DNA from: Pseudoalteromonas translucida KMM 520
GTDB taxonomy: Bacteria; Pseudomonadota; Gammaproteobacteria; Enterobacterales; Alteromonadaceae
Length of the DNA stretch: 32,000 nt
Direction: 5' to 3'
Assembly: GCF_001465295.1 (NCBI RefSeq)
Contig: NZ_CP011034.1
Location: 690,001-722,000 of the forward strand
Below, one piece after another: positions 15,164 through 25,444 of the stretch. Position 1 is the first letter of the stretch. Each line of letters begins with the position of its first letter. Below the pieces are notes generated by a model, which did not search any database, was not told where the DNA came from, and saw only the letters and a list, made by a program, of their open reading frames with translations. The position numbers and the translations under genes are program-made.

Positions 15164-18043
15164 ATGAAATTTAAATTTTTAGCAACCAGTTTAGCGGTAT
15201 CGCTGGCACTGTCGGGTTGCGCTATTGAACAAAATCAAACGAGCCAAGCAGTAACACAACAACAAACAAGCACTGCGGGCGAGGGCGTTTTTTCACAAGA
15301 CTACCTACTAGAAGAGCTTGAAAATGGCTTGCGCGTTATGGTGGTTAAAACCGATTACCCAGATGTAGTCTCGTTGCAAATTCCTGTATCGGTAGGATCA
15401 CGTAATGAAACGCAAGCAGGTAAAACGGGCTTTGCGCATTTTTTTGAGCACATGATGTTTAAAGGCTCTGAAAAATTTCCTGAGGCTGTGTATTCAAGTA
15501 TTTTAAAAAACTCTGGTGTTGATAACCGCGCGTACACCACCAACGATTACACTAACTATCATTTAAACTTTTCAAAGCAGCATCTTGATAAAGTACTTGA
15601 GCTTGAAGCTGATATTTTTCAAAATTTAACCTACACCGAAGAGCAATTTAGAACCGAAGCGCAAACGGTAAAAGGCGAGTACTTAAAAAATAATGCCAGC
15701 CCAGTGCGTAAGTTACTTAGCGCAGTGCGCGAAGAGGCCTTTGAGCAACACACTTATAAACACACCACTATGGGCTTTTTTAAAGACATAGAAGCCATGC
15801 CTGATCAAATGGCTTATGGTAAAGAATTTTTTGCCAAATTTTATAAGCCCGAATATGTATCGCTTGTAATTGTGGGTGATGTAGACCCAAAAGCCACTAT
15901 GGCTATGGTTAAAAAGCACTGGGGTGCGTGGAAAAAGGGTGACTATGTTGCCGACATTAAAGCAGAGCCAACACAGCAAGCGCCAAAATATAGTCATCAA
16001 CAAAACCCAGGTTTACCAGGGCATTGGTTATTAGTGTCGTATAAAGGTACTGCGTGGGAGCCGGCTAAAAAAGACAGAGCTGCGCTTGATTTACTCTCGC
16101 AGCTTTATTTTTCAAACAACTCAGATTTATACCAAGAGCTAGTGGTAGATAAACAAATTGCCAGCCAAATGTTTAGCTATAACCCAGAAACCAAAGATCC
16201 GGGTTTACTGCATGTATTTGTAAAAGTAGAAAAAGCAGACGATTTAGCCAAAGTACGCGATGCAATCAATCGTACCTACGCTCAAGCGCGTACTGAGTTA
16301 GTAGATAGCCAAAAACTCAGTGACTTAAAATCTAACCTTAAATACAGCTTTATAAATGGTTTAGATTCGTCGCAAGCAATTGCTGCAACCCTTGCAAGCT
16401 ACATGCATTTTGAGCGTGACCCTAGGGTAATAAACCAACTATATAAAACCTCAGATGAAATAACAGCTGAAGATATTAAAGCAATTGCCAACAAGTATTT
16501 TGTTGATAGTGCACGCACTACCGTGACTATGTCGGCACTTGATAAAGCGCCAAACTTTGAGCAAGAGGTTGATTTAAACGCACTGGTTGCAAAACTGGAG
16601 CAAGCACCTCAGGCTGCTGCATTTAAAGTGCTAGATAAAACTAACAGCTCGCCATTAATTGACGTTAACTTTTTATTCAATACCGGGGCTGCTGCCGATC
16701 CGCAAGGTAAAAAAGGCCTTGGCGCATTAACTGCGGCTATGCTGGCGCAAGGTGGCTCACAATCAACAAGCTATAAAGATATTAAACAAGCACTTTATCC
16801 GTTGGCAGGTAGCTTTGGTTATCAAATAGATAAAGAGATGCTGTCGTTTCAAGGGCGTATTCATAAAGATAACGCCGCTAAGTGGTATGCATTAGTGAGC
16901 GATCAGTTACTCAACCCTGGTTTTAGGGACGATGACTTTAAACGCCTTAAAAAAGAAATGATCGACGGCATTAAGTCAGGCTTAAAAGCATCTAACGATG
17001 AAGAACTAGGTAAAGAAGTGCTATACAGCGCGCTTTATAAAGGCCACCCTTATGAAAGCTACAACTATGGTGATATTTCAGATTTAGAAGCGCTTACGCT
17101 TGATGATGTTAAAACGTTTTATAACACTGAACTTACGCAATCTAAGCTAACGCTTGGCTTAATTGGTGCAGTACCAGAAAAACTAAAAGCCACTATGCTA
17201 GCTGATTTAGCAGGCCTGCCTAAAGGCGAGCAAAGCCGCTTAAGTATTCCAGATGCGCCTGAGCTTAAAGGTCATCATGCTACTATTGTTGAAAAGAGTG
17301 CGCAGTCGACAGCGGTATCGTTTGGTTTTCCAATTGATACAATAAGAAGTAGTGAGGATTGGACTGCACTGTGGTTAGTACGTTCTTACTTTGGTGAGCA
17401 TCGTAGTTCTAACAGCTTTTTATATGAACGCATTCGTGAAACCCGTGGCATGAACTACGGCGATTACGCGTACATAGAGTACTTTCCGCGCGGTATGTTT
17501 CAAACCAAGCCTGATGCAAACCTAGGGCGCTCTGAGCAAATTTTTCAAGTGTGGTTACGTCCGCTTCGCTCTAATAACGATGCGCATTTTGCCACTCGTA
17601 CCGCCTTGTTTGAGCTTGATAAGCTAATTAAAAATGGCATGAGTGAAGATGACTTTGAAGCCACACGTAACTTTTTAATTAACTTTGTGCCGCAAATGGT
17701 GGCAAGTCAAAACCGCCAACTAGGTTATGCGCTTGATAGCGAGTTTTACAATACCGACAGCTTTGTAAGTTACGTTACTAACAAACTTAAAACGCTAACA
17801 GTAGAGGATGTAAATCGCGTTATTAAAGATAATCTGCAAACCGATAATATCCATTATGTGTTTATTACCGGTGACGGCGCTGATATGCAAAAGCGTTTAG
17901 CGCCTGAGCAAACATCGCCAATGGTTTATAATACCGATAAACCAGCCGAGCTTGTTGCAGAAGATAAAGTGATTGCCGATTACAAGTTAGCTATTCCGGC
18001 AAAAAATATTGCAGTGATGAAAGTCGATAAAGTATTTCAATGA
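15164..18043 (+). CDS. Zinc metallopeptidase, M16 (pitrilysin/insulinase) family, tandem double-unit lipoprotein
   Basis: Lipobox SLALSG|C. HxxEH zinc motif HFFEHMMFKG. The second half repeats the M16 fold without HxxEH. The ORF-track start is TTG 15140; the ATG at 15164 has the RBS AAGGAAAA. Confidence 0.9.
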   Translation: MKFKFLATSLAVSLALSGCAIEQNQTSQAVTQQQTSTAGEGVFSQDYLLEELENGLRVMVVKTDYPDVVSLQIPVSVGSRNETQAGKTGFAHFFEHMMFKGSEKFPEAVYSSILKNSGVDNRAYTTNDYTNYHLNFSKQHLDKVLELEADIFQNLTYTEEQFRTEAQTVKGEYLKNNASPVRKLLSAVREEAFEQHTYKHTTMGFFKDIEAMPDQMAYGKEFFAKFYKPEYVSLVIVGDVDPKATMAMVKKHWGAWKKGDYVADIKAEPTQQAPKYSHQQNPGLPGHWLLVSYKGTAWEPAKKDRAALDLLSQLYFSNNSDLYQELVVDKQIASQMFSYNPETKDPGLLHVFVKVEKADDLAKVRDAINRTYAQARTELVDSQKLSDLKSNLKYSFINGLDSSQAIAATLASYMHFERDPRVINQLYKTSDEITAEDIKAIANKYFVDSARTTVTMSALDKAPNFEQEVDLNALVAKLEQAPQAAAFKVLDKTNSSPLIDVNFLFNTGAAADPQGKKGLGALTAAMLAQGGSQSTSYKDIKQALYPLAGSFGYQIDKEMLSFQGRIHKDNAAKWYALVSDQLLNPGFRDDDFKRLKKEMIDGIKSGLKASNDEELGKEVLYSALYKGHPYESYNYGDISDLEALTLDDVKTFYNTELTQSKLTLGLIGAVPEKLKATMLADLAGLPKGEQSRLSIPDAPELKGHHATIVEKSAQSTAVSFGFPIDTIRSSEDWTALWLVRSYFGEHRSSNSFLYERIRETRGMNYGDYAYIEYFPRGMFQTKPDANLGRSEQIFQVWLRPLRSNNDAHFATRTALFELDKLIKNGMSEDDFEATRNFLINFVPQMVASQNRQLGYALDSEFYNTDSFVSYVTNKLKTLTVEDVNRVIKDNLQTDNIHYVFITGDGADMQKRLAPEQTSPMVYNTDKPAELVAEDKVIADYKLAIPAKNIAVMKVDKVFQ

Positions 18044-18074
18044 AGGTTTAAATAGTTATAAATTAAGATAATTT

Positions 18075-18105
18075 AAATGCCCCATACATTGGGGCATTTT
18101 TATAT
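18075..18105 (+). terminator. Rho-independent terminator after the M16 peptidase gene
   Basis: Stem AAATGCCCCA (18075-18084) / TGGGGCATTT (18090-18099), 5-nt loop, T-rich tail. Confidence 0.85.
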
Positions 18106-18159
18106 TTTGAATAATTTTTTAGTAATATGTATTTTTTGATAAGGTTAAAAGGAATTAGT

Positions 18160-18939
18160 ATGTGTAAATTTTTAAATAAACCTCTTAATGTCTATCTTTT
18201 TATAGTAACTTTTTTTCTAATAATTGGTTTGCCATATATTATTAAATTTGGTTTTGGTTTTTGGGATACACAATCCGAATGGGGGGTAATGGCGACATAC
18301 TTCGGTGGAATGTTAAGCCCTGTTCTCGCGTTTTTTACAGTTATAATTTTGATTCAAACAAATGGAAAAAACCAAAGAGCACATAGGAGTGTTCTTCGTC
18401 AAAATGCAAGGCATCATCAACAGGTTGTTTCACAAGTAGAGCAGCAATTATTTAATAGCCTTTTTGCTCAATTAGCTAGCGATCTAGAGAAAAGTGTAGA
18501 GAAAAAACTAGAAAGTGATTCAAGTTACTTTACTAAGATTACAGATGAATTATGTGACATAGAACCTAGTGAAATAGAATTTAATATTGATGAGTTCTAT
18601 TCGGAGCAAGCAAGTAAAATAATTAAGAGCGAGAAGTATCAAGGTGTATTTGAAAAAGAGAGTGAATTATTTGCCCTTTTATTTGAGGAAGTGATAGAGC
18701 TTGCAAAAAAAAGCAGGCACTCTCAAGAAATTACAGAAAAGTATTTTTATCGCTTACGAGGATATCTAACTAAAGAGCAATCTTTTTGGATAAATGTTTA
18801 TGCTGAACAATGTTGTGAAAATTATAAAAGCCTTAAAAAGTATCAATGGGAGGATATGAGATATTTCCCTTCATTTGAAGAACCAGAAAAGTTAAAAGAT
18901 AAAATAAATTCCATTAGAGATGGAATATCTAATAACTAG
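18160..18939 (+). CDS. Hypothetical two-TM membrane protein; motifs resemble the putative phage abortive-infection (putAbiC-type) family
   Basis: The ATG at 18160 is preceded by AAAGGAAT. There are two N-terminal TM helices, the second being WGVMATYFGGMLSPVLAFFTVIILIQT. This is followed by QQLFNSLFAQL and an acidic helical domain. The gene is visibly more AT-rich than its neighbours. Family assignment is from remembered motifs only. Confidence 0.45.
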   Translation: MCKFLNKPLNVYLFIVTFFLIIGLPYIIKFGFGFWDTQSEWGVMATYFGGMLSPVLAFFTVIILIQTNGKNQRAHRSVLRQNARHHQQVVSQVEQQLFNSLFAQLASDLEKSVEKKLESDSSYFTKITDELCDIEPSEIEFNIDEFYSEQASKIIKSEKYQGVFEKESELFALLFEEVIELAKKSRHSQEITEKYFYRLRGYLTKEQSFWINVYAEQCCENYKSLKKYQWEDMRYFPSFEEPEKLKDKINSIRDGISNN

Positions 18940-19024
18940 ATAAAATAACTAAGGGATTAACACCTTAGTGACTAAATCCGTTAAACTTATCAAAAGGCTC
19001 TTTTTGATCAACAAAGGCAGTAAT

Positions 19025-19843
19025 ATGCGACATGAAATTTGGCAACAGCTTCGCAGCGAAGCAAATGAAGTAGTAAAACGCGAACCTCTTTTAGCGAGCC
19101 ATGTTTATTCGTGTATTTTGAACCATGAATGTTTAGGGGCGGCGCTGAGTTTTATTGTTGCTAATAAATTGGCAGATGCGGTGGTGTCGGCATTTACTAT
19201 TCGTGAGCTATTTGATCAGTCGTTTGTAAGGTGTGAGCGTATGCTAACGCACGTTGCTCACGATATTAAAGCGGTAAAAGATCGTGACCCTGCAGCCGAA
19301 ACTTACCTTACGGTAATATTAAATTTAAAAGGTTTTCATGCTATTCAGGCGCATCGTTTAGCTAATTGTTTATGGACGCAAAACCGTAAAGAGTTGGCGC
19401 GCTTTATTCAAAGCCGTAGCTCAGAGGTGTTTGGCGTTGATATTCATCCTGCTTGTAAAGTGGGTAAAGGAATAATGTTTGACCATGCAACCGGTATTGT
19501 TATTGGTGAAACGGCGGTAATTGAAGATAACGTATCAATATTGCAGTCGGTTACTTTAGGTGGCACGGGCAATGAACAAGGTGATCGTCATCCTAAAATC
19601 AGAGCCGGGGTACTTATTGGTGCTGGCGCTAAAATATTGGGCAATATTGAAGTGGGTGCGGGCGCACGTATTGGCGCAGGCTCTGTTGTGCTAAGTAATG
19701 TACCGCCACACACGACAGCGGTAGGTGTACCGGCAAAAATTATTGGTCGCCCAGATTGCGAATGCCCTGCAAAAAGTATGAACCAAAACTTTTTAGCTAA
19801 ACCTGAGCCTGAAAATGAATCGCATACTAGCTCTATGCTATAA
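19025..19843 (+). CDS. cysE: Serine O-acetyltransferase
   Basis: Near-colinear with E. coli CysE: DPA...LNLKGFHAIQAHR, DIHPA.K.G.GIM.DHATGIV.GETAVIE.NVSILQSVTLGGTG, DRHPKI, and hexapeptide repeats. The ATG at 19025 gives about 272 aa; the ORF-track start is GTG 18968. Confidence 0.95.
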   Translation: MRHEIWQQLRSEANEVVKREPLLASHVYSCILNHECLGAALSFIVANKLADAVVSAFTIRELFDQSFVRCERMLTHVAHDIKAVKDRDPAAETYLTVILNLKGFHAIQAHRLANCLWTQNRKELARFIQSRSSEVFGVDIHPACKVGKGIMFDHATGIVIGETAVIEDNVSILQSVTLGGTGNEQGDRHPKIRAGVLIGAGAKILGNIEVGAGARIGAGSVVLSNVPPHTTAVGVPAKIIGRPDCECPAKSMNQNFLAKPEPENESHTSSML

Positions 19844-19861
19844 AGTAATGGGCAATTTAAA

Positions 19862-20509
19862 ATGCTAAACAAAAGTAACTTATTTGGCCTGTGCTGTTTT
19901 ATTTTAGGCGTAGGATTAACCAGTGGTTACTTTTTGTTTTTACATTCTATGCCTATTCAAGCGCAACAAAGCCAGCCGTTCTCTTATAAAAGCATTGTTA
20001 TAAAACACGCTAGCAACGAGTCACTCAATAGTACTGACGAGCATGTTAACTCTGCCGATGGTAACTTACAGGCTGAGAGTATTGCGCCATATACGCATAA
20101 AATTGCTACACTTACCAGTGAGCTTGAACTTAAAACCAAACAACTTAAGCGTGTTGAACAAGCGTTAAAATTAGCACAATTAGATCAGCTTGATTTTGCT
20201 AAGCAGTTAGAAGAGAAGTTTATAGCTGAGGATGAAAATAGCCAGTGGAGCTACGAAGTAGAAACCGCGCTAACCGATTTTTTAATTACCAGCGATTTAA
20301 GTAATACCGCGCAACTAACTAGTTTAGAGTGCAAACAAACACTATGTAAATTTAGCCTAATTGCCGACAAAAATAATCAGCAAGGGCATGTGCAGTGGCG
20401 CGAGCTTAACGATAAGTTAGCGTTAATGCCATGGTGGCAGCAATTTAAGCTCACTGCGTCAAATTCAACCGATGAACGGATAGATTTTATAGTGAGCACT
20501 AAAGAGTAA
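19862..20509 (+). CDS. Hypothetical membrane-anchored or secreted protein with coiled coil
   Basis: N-terminal hydrophobic segment LFGLCCFILGVGLTSGYFLFL, coiled coil (ELELKTKQLKRVEQALKLAQLDQL) and a C-terminal CxxxC (CKQTLC). No family recognised. Confidence 0.6.
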   Translation: MLNKSNLFGLCCFILGVGLTSGYFLFLHSMPIQAQQSQPFSYKSIVIKHASNESLNSTDEHVNSADGNLQAESIAPYTHKIATLTSELELKTKQLKRVEQALKLAQLDQLDFAKQLEEKFIAEDENSQWSYEVETALTDFLITSDLSNTAQLTSLECKQTLCKFSLIADKNNQQGHVQWRELNDKLALMPWWQQFKLTASNSTDERIDFIVSTKE

Positions 20510-20516
20510 AACGCTG

Positions 20517-21851
20517 CTAGCTAAGCACTTGCGAGTGTAGCGTGCCGTCAACCAGTTCAGTAATTAAAGTATCTCCGACTTTTACATCCGCTACCGATTT
20601 AACCACCTTTTGCTTCTCTGTTTTTGTAATACTATAGCCTCGCGCTAATACATTAAGTGGGCTTACTGAATCTAAGCGACTTGCCTGCAGTGCTAAGCTG
20701 TTGTTAGCTTGCTGTAATTGCTGCTGTATTGCTTGGTTAAGCCGAGCTTGTAATTGCGCTAGTTGGTGACTTGCTTGAGTGAGCTTTTTGTCGGGTGATT
20801 GGCGCATTAATCTAGGCGTTAAATTATTAAGGGTACGCTCTTGTTGATATAAACGATTACGCATAGCTTGTTGTAGCGCAATGCTTAGCTCGTCCAAACG
20901 CTGCGCTTTTTGATTTAACTGATTACGCGGATGGCATAAATTTAACCTGTGCTGTAGTTGTAATGCTTGAGCGCGTTTTTCGCTCATATCGTGTTTAAAC
21001 GCATTAGCAAGACGATTAACTAGCTGAGTTACTTTATTATGTAGCTCTTGCGTATTAGGACTTACCAGCTCTGCCGCCGCAGAAGGCGTAGCTGCACGTA
21101 CGTCGGCTACATAGTCGCTAATAGTAGTGTCGATTTCGTGGCCAACCGCGCTCACAATAGGCAGTTGGCTATTAAATATAGCGCGCGCCAGTTGCTCATG
21201 GTTAAAACACCATAAATCTTCTAAAGAGCCGCCACCACGTCCTAAAATAAGCACGTCTACTTCACTGCGAATATTAGCCAGCTCTATTTGTTTAATTAAC
21301 TGCAGGTGCGCGTCTTTACCTTGCACCATAGCAGGGTAAATAATAACTTCTAGCTGCGGTGCGCGGCGTTTTAGTACGGTTAAAATATCTTTTATGGCCG
21401 CGCCAGTCGCAGAGGTTATTACCCCTATACGGTTAATATTTTGTGGTAGAGGTTTTTTATAAACCGAGCTAAATAGTCCCTCAGCGGCTAAGCGCATTTT
21501 TAGGGCGTCAAATTCTTGCTTAAGTTGCCCTTCGCCAGCAGGTTCCATATGCTCAACAATAAGTTGATAGTCGCCACGTGGTTCATAAAGTGAAACGCGC
21601 GCTTTTACCGTTACCTGTGCACCGTTAATGGGTCGGTAGCTTTGGTTACGATTATTGCCGCGCCACATGGCTGCTTTTATTTGTGCTTTATCGTCTTTTA
21701 ACGAAAAATACCAATGCCCAGATGCCGGAGTAATAAAGTTCGAAATTTCGCCAGTTAATACCAGCGAGGCAAAGCCTTGCTCGAGTAGGGCGCGTATTTC
21801 TCTATTAAGGCGTGACACGGTGTATACCGTTTGCAAAGGCTTCGAAAACAT
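20517..21851 (-). CDS. xseA: Exodeoxyribonuclease VII large subunit
   Basis: OB-fold N-terminus (VSRLNREIRALLEQGF..., GEISNF..PASGHWYFSLKD), catalytic core (GRGGGSLEDLW.FN) and a long Q-rich helical C-terminus. Divergent from guaB, as in E. coli. Confidence 0.95.
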   Translation of the reverse strand: MFSKPLQTVYTVSRLNREIRALLEQGFASLVLTGEISNFITPASGHWYFSLKDDKAQIKAAMWRGNNRNQSYRPINGAQVTVKARVSLYEPRGDYQLIVEHMEPAGEGQLKQEFDALKMRLAAEGLFSSVYKKPLPQNINRIGVITSATGAAIKDILTVLKRRAPQLEVIIYPAMVQGKDAHLQLIKQIELANIRSEVDVLILGRGGGSLEDLWCFNHEQLARAIFNSQLPIVSAVGHEIDTTISDYVADVRAATPSAAAELVSPNTQELHNKVTQLVNRLANAFKHDMSEKRAQALQLQHRLNLCHPRNQLNQKAQRLDELSIALQQAMRNRLYQQERTLNNLTPRLMRQSPDKKLTQASHQLAQLQARLNQAIQQQLQQANNSLALQASRLDSVSPLNVLARGYSITKTEKQKVVKSVADVKVGDTLITELVDGTLHSQVLS

Positions 21852-21910
21852 AAAAAACTACCAAAAACTATTTATAGTGCAAGTTTATCATAAATATTTA
21901 TAAAATATGA

Positions 21911-21939
21911 TTTACTAGTGCCTGCAACGCTGTTAAAAT
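21911..21939 (+). promoter_or_regulatory. Candidate sigma70 promoter of guaB
   Basis: -35 TTTACT (21911-21916), 17-bp spacer, extended -10 TGtTAAAAT (21931-21939). An A/T-rich UP-like region lies upstream and a GC-rich discriminator (TTGGCCGC) downstream. Confidence 0.5.
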
Positions 21940-21987
21940 TTGGCCGCAATTCCTTATCTTAGATCCACCATGTGAGAAGTTGCCAAA

Positions 21988-23457
21988 ATGCTTAGAATCG
22001 CTAAAGAAGCTCTTACCTTTGATGACGTACTTTTAGTACCTGGTCATTCTACTGTTTTGCCACATACGGCAAATATTTCAACTCGCTTAACGCGTGGAAT
22101 CAAACTTAACTTGCCGCTTGTTTCAGCATCTATGGATACTGTTACCGAAGCTCGTTTAGCTATTGCCCTTGCGCAAGAAGGTGGTCTTGGTTTTATCCAT
22201 AAAAACATGACTATTGCAGAACAAGCGAAAAACGTTCGTAAAGTTAAAACCTATGAAGCGGGTATTGTTACTTATCCTATTACAGTAACTGCCGATTTAA
22301 CCATTGCAGATGCACTTGAACTGTCGCAAGAAAAAGGTTTTTCGGGCTTTCCGGTAACCGATAGCGATAATAACCTTGTTGGTATTGTAACAGGGCGTGA
22401 TATGCGCTTTGAAACTAAGCTTGAACAGCCTGTTTCTACTGTTATGACTAAAAAAGACAAGCTAGTTACTGTGAACGAAGGTGCTGCGCGCGAAGAAATT
22501 TTAGGCTTAATGCACGAACACCGCATTGAAAAAATTCTTGTGGTTGATGATGCGTTTAAGCTAAAAGGCATGATCACCGTAAAAGATTACCAAAAAGCAC
22601 AAGAAAAACCAGATGCCTGTAAAGACGATCAAGGTCGTTTACGTGTAGGTGCTGCTGTAAGTGTTGGCGCAGGTACTGATGAGCGTATTGCTGCATTAGT
22701 AGAAGCGGGTATTGACGTATTACTTATCGATACTTCGCACGGCCATTCTCAAGGTGTTATTGACCGCGTTGCAAAAACCCGCAAAGAATACCCAGATTTA
22801 CAAATTATTGCTGGTAACGTAGCAACAGCAGAAGGCGCGGTTGCGCTTGCAGACGCTGGAGCCGATGCGGTTAAAGTAGGAATAGGCCCAGGTTCTATTT
22901 GTACTACGCGTATTGTTACAGGTTGTGGTGTGCCACAAATTACGGCTATTTCAGATGCTGTTGATGGCTTAAAAGGCCGCGACATTCCGGTAATTGCAGA
23001 TGGCGGTATTCGCTTTTCTGGCGATATTGTAAAAGCACTTGTTGCTGGTGCATCGTGTGTAATGGTGGGTTCTTTACTTGCTGGTACTGAAGAAGCACCT
23101 GGCGAAGTAGAGCTTTACCAAGGCCGTTACTACAAATCATACCGTGGTATGGGCTCGTTAGGCGCGATGGATCAAAAAGAAGGTTCATCAGATCGTTACT
23201 TCCAAAAATCAAACGAAGCCGACAAGTTAGTACCAGAAGGTATTGAAGGTCGCGTAGCGTACAAAGGTCCTATTGCAACGATTATCCATCAGCAAGTGGG
23301 CGGCCTGCGCAGCGCAATGGGCTTAACCGGTTGTGCCACTATTGAAGAGCTAAACACCAAACCACAGTTTGTACGTGTTACTTCAGCAGGCATGGGTGAG
23401 TCGCATGTACATGACGTGCAAATCACTAAAGAAGCACCTAACTACCGTTTAGGCTAA
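21988..23457 (+). CDS. guaB: IMP dehydrogenase
   Basis: [11 protein letters not shown], tandem CBS domains, catalytic loop [21 protein letters not shown]. 489 aa. Confidence 0.97.
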   Translation: MLRIAKEALTFDDVLLVPGHSTVLPHTANISTRLTRGIKLNLPLVSASMDTVTEARLAIALAQEGGLGFIHKNMTIAEQAKNVRKVKTYEAGIVTYPITVTADLTIADALELSQEKGFSGFPVTDSDNNLVGIVTGRDMRFETKLEQPVSTVMTKKDKLVTVNEGAAREEILGLMHEHRIEKILVVDDAFKLKGMITVKDYQKAQEKPDACKDDQGRLRVGAAVSVGAGTDERIAALVEAGIDVLLIDTSHGHSQGVIDRVAKTRKEYPDLQIIAGNVATAEGAVALADAGADAVKVGIGPGSICTTRIVTGCGVPQITAISDAVDGLKGRDIPVIADGGIRFSGDIVKALVAGASCVMVGSLLAGTEEAPGEVELYQGRYYKSYRGMGSLGAMDQKEGSSDRYFQKSNEADKLVPEGIEGRVAYKGPIATIIHQQVGGLRSAMGLTGCATIEELNTKPQFVRVTSAGMGESHVHDVQITKEAPNYRLG

Positions 23458-23481
23458 TCAGCCGTAATTACATCAATTTAT

Positions 23482-23505
23482 GGGCTAGTTTTACTAGCCC
23501 TTTTT
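23482..23505 (+). terminator. Intrinsic terminator-like hairpin between guaB and guaA
   Basis: Stem GGGCTAGT (23482-23489) / ACTAGCCC (23493-23500), 3-nt loop, then TTTTT. Confidence 0.6.
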
Positions 23506-23563
23506 AAATAGCTACTCACTAGACTAGTAGCATTATTTAGCATCTGACTTTACGAGATACTCC

Positions 23564-25141
23564 ATGAGCAAAGACATTCACGATTCACGAATTCTCATTT
23601 TAGACTTTGGTTCACAATACACTCAATTAATTGCCCGTCGTGTGCGCGAAATTGGTGTTTACTGTGAACTGTGGGCATGGGATGTGACCGAAGAGCAAAT
23701 TCGCGAGTTCAACCCACAAGGTATTATTCTCTCTGGTGGCCCAGAGTCGACAACACTTGAAAACAGCCCACGCGCTCCTGAATATGTATTTAATGCTGGC
23801 GTACCAGTGCTTGGTATTTGCTACGGCATGCAAACTATGGCGGCTCAGCTTGGTGGCAGTGTACACAGCTCTGACAAAAAAGAGTTTGGTTACGCCCAAG
23901 TAGAAAAAGTGGGTAATTGTGCGTTGTTTGATGCGATAGAAGATCATATTACCGACGGCGGCAATGGCGTACTAGATGTATGGATGAGCCATGGCGATAA
24001 AGTAATGGATATTCCACAAAGCTTTAAAACCACAGCTAAAACATCTACGTGTCCGCATGCGGCAATGTCGAACGAAGAAAAGCGTTTTTACGGCGTACAG
24101 TTTCACCCAGAAGTAACTCACACACATCAAGGGCAGCGTTTATTAGAGCGTTTTGCTATTGATATTTGTGGTTGTGAAAAATTGTGGACTGCAGCAAAAA
24201 TTATCGATAATGCCATTGAGCGCATTAAAGAAACAGTTGGCGATGACGAAGTTATTTTAGGCCTTTCGGGTGGTGTTGATTCATCGGTTGTGGCTATGCT
24301 TATTCACCGTGCAATTGGCGAAAGGCTAACTTGTGTATTTGTTGATAACGGCTTACTTCGTTTAAACGAAGGCCAGCAAGTTATGGACATGTTTGGCAAT
24401 AAATTTGGCCTAAACATTGTTAAAGTTGAAGCCGAAGAGCAGTTTTTAAATGACCTTGCTGGTAAGTCAGACCCAGAAGATAAGCGTAAAGCCATTGGCC
24501 ATACGTTTATTAATGTATTTGATGAGCAAGCTAAAAAGCTTAAAAATGCAAAATGGTTAGCGCAAGGTACAATTTACCCAGACGTGATTGAATCTGCGGC
24601 ATCTGCCACCGGTAAAGCACACGTAATTAAATCGCACCACAATGTGGGCGGATTACCAGCTGACATGAAAATGGGCCTAGTTGAGCCGCTACGCGAGTTA
24701 TTTAAAGATGAAGTACGTAAGATTGGTTTAGAGCTAGGTTTACCGTACGACATGCTTTACCGTCATCCTTTCCCTGGACCAGGTTTAGGTGTGCGTGTAC
24801 TTGGCGAAATTAAAAAAGAATACTGTGATTTACTACGTCGTGCCGATGCTATTTTCATCGAAGAGCTTCACAAAGCAGAGCTTTATCATAAAGTAAGCCA
24901 AGCGTTTACTGTATTTTTACCGGTAAAATCGGTAGGGGTTATGGGCGATGCACGTAAATACGATTGGGTTGTATCACTGCGCTGCGTGGAAACAATCGAC
25001 TTTATGACCGCGCGCTGGTCACATTTACCGTATGAATTTTTAGGTGTGGTTTCAAACCGTATCATTAATGAAATTGATGGTATTTCGCGTGTTGTTTATG
25101 ATATTTCGGGCAAACCACCTGCAACTATCGAGTGGGAATAA
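23564..25141 (+). CDS. guaA: GMP synthase (glutamine-hydrolysing)
   Basis: GATase domain (GICYGMQ, HPE), ATP-PPase motif SGGVDSSV, C-terminal dimerisation domain ending in ATIEWE. 525 aa. Confidence 0.97.
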   Translation: MSKDIHDSRILILDFGSQYTQLIARRVREIGVYCELWAWDVTEEQIREFNPQGIILSGGPESTTLENSPRAPEYVFNAGVPVLGICYGMQTMAAQLGGSVHSSDKKEFGYAQVEKVGNCALFDAIEDHITDGGNGVLDVWMSHGDKVMDIPQSFKTTAKTSTCPHAAMSNEEKRFYGVQFHPEVTHTHQGQRLLERFAIDICGCEKLWTAAKIIDNAIERIKETVGDDEVILGLSGGVDSSVVAMLIHRAIGERLTCVFVDNGLLRLNEGQQVMDMFGNKFGLNIVKVEAEEQFLNDLAGKSDPEDKRKAIGHTFINVFDEQAKKLKNAKWLAQGTIYPDVIESAASATGKAHVIKSHHNVGGLPADMKMGLVEPLRELFKDEVRKIGLELGLPYDMLYRHPFPGPGLGVRVLGEIKKEYCDLLRRADAIFIEELHKAELYHKVSQAFTVFLPVKSVGVMGDARKYDWVVSLRCVETIDFMTARWSHLPYEFLGVVSNRIINEIDGISRVVYDISGKPPATIEWE

Positions 25142-25185
25142 TTAATTTTAATTTTAGTTTTAATTAACTAACGTTAAGTGATTAA

Positions 25186-25220
25186 AAAACGGTGGATTAG
25201 CATGCTAATCCACCGTTTTG
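25186..25220 (+). terminator. Rho-independent terminator after guaA
   Basis: Long perfect inverted repeat ACGGTGGATTAGC / GCTAATCCACCGT centred on CATG, then TTTTGTTT. Confidence 0.9.
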
Positions 25221-25261
25221 TTTATTTAAAAAGCAGTTAAACCAAAAGAGTGATTTTTCTC

Positions 25262-25289
25262 TTTACCTTTTGCGAAACTTCTCTATAAT
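25262..25289 (+). promoter_or_regulatory. Candidate sigma70 promoter of tRNA-Trp
   Basis: -35 TTTACC (25262-25267), 16-bp spacer, perfect -10 TATAAT (25284-25289). The tRNA 5' end lies 14 nt downstream of the -10. Confidence 0.5.
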
Positions 25290-25302
25290 TCGTCGTCATT
25301 GC

Positions 25303-25379
25303 AGGGGCGTAGTTCCAATTGGTAGAACAGCGGTCTCCAAAACCGACGGTTGGGAGTTCGAATCTCTCCGCCCCTGCCA
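25303..25379 (+). tRNA. trpT: tRNA-Trp (anticodon CCA), 3' CCA encoded
   Basis: AGGGGCGTAGTTCCAATTGGTAGAACAGCGGTCTCCAAAACCGACGGTTGGGAGTTCGAATCTCTCCGCCCCTGCCA is nearly identical in stems to E. coli tRNA-Trp. The anticodon loop is CT-CCA-AA. Confidence 0.95.
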
Positions 25380-25444
25380 TTTCTTCTTTACATCGAATTT
25401 ATTACTTCTTATATTACCTTACTTACTAATTTCATCGAGTCGTT

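Noticed and set aside
25303-25444. tRNA-Trp considered as an integration site for a genomic island
   Set aside because: There is no integrase gene. I found no duplicated copy of the tRNA 3' end elsewhere in the window. The downstream genes (holD-rimI) are core.
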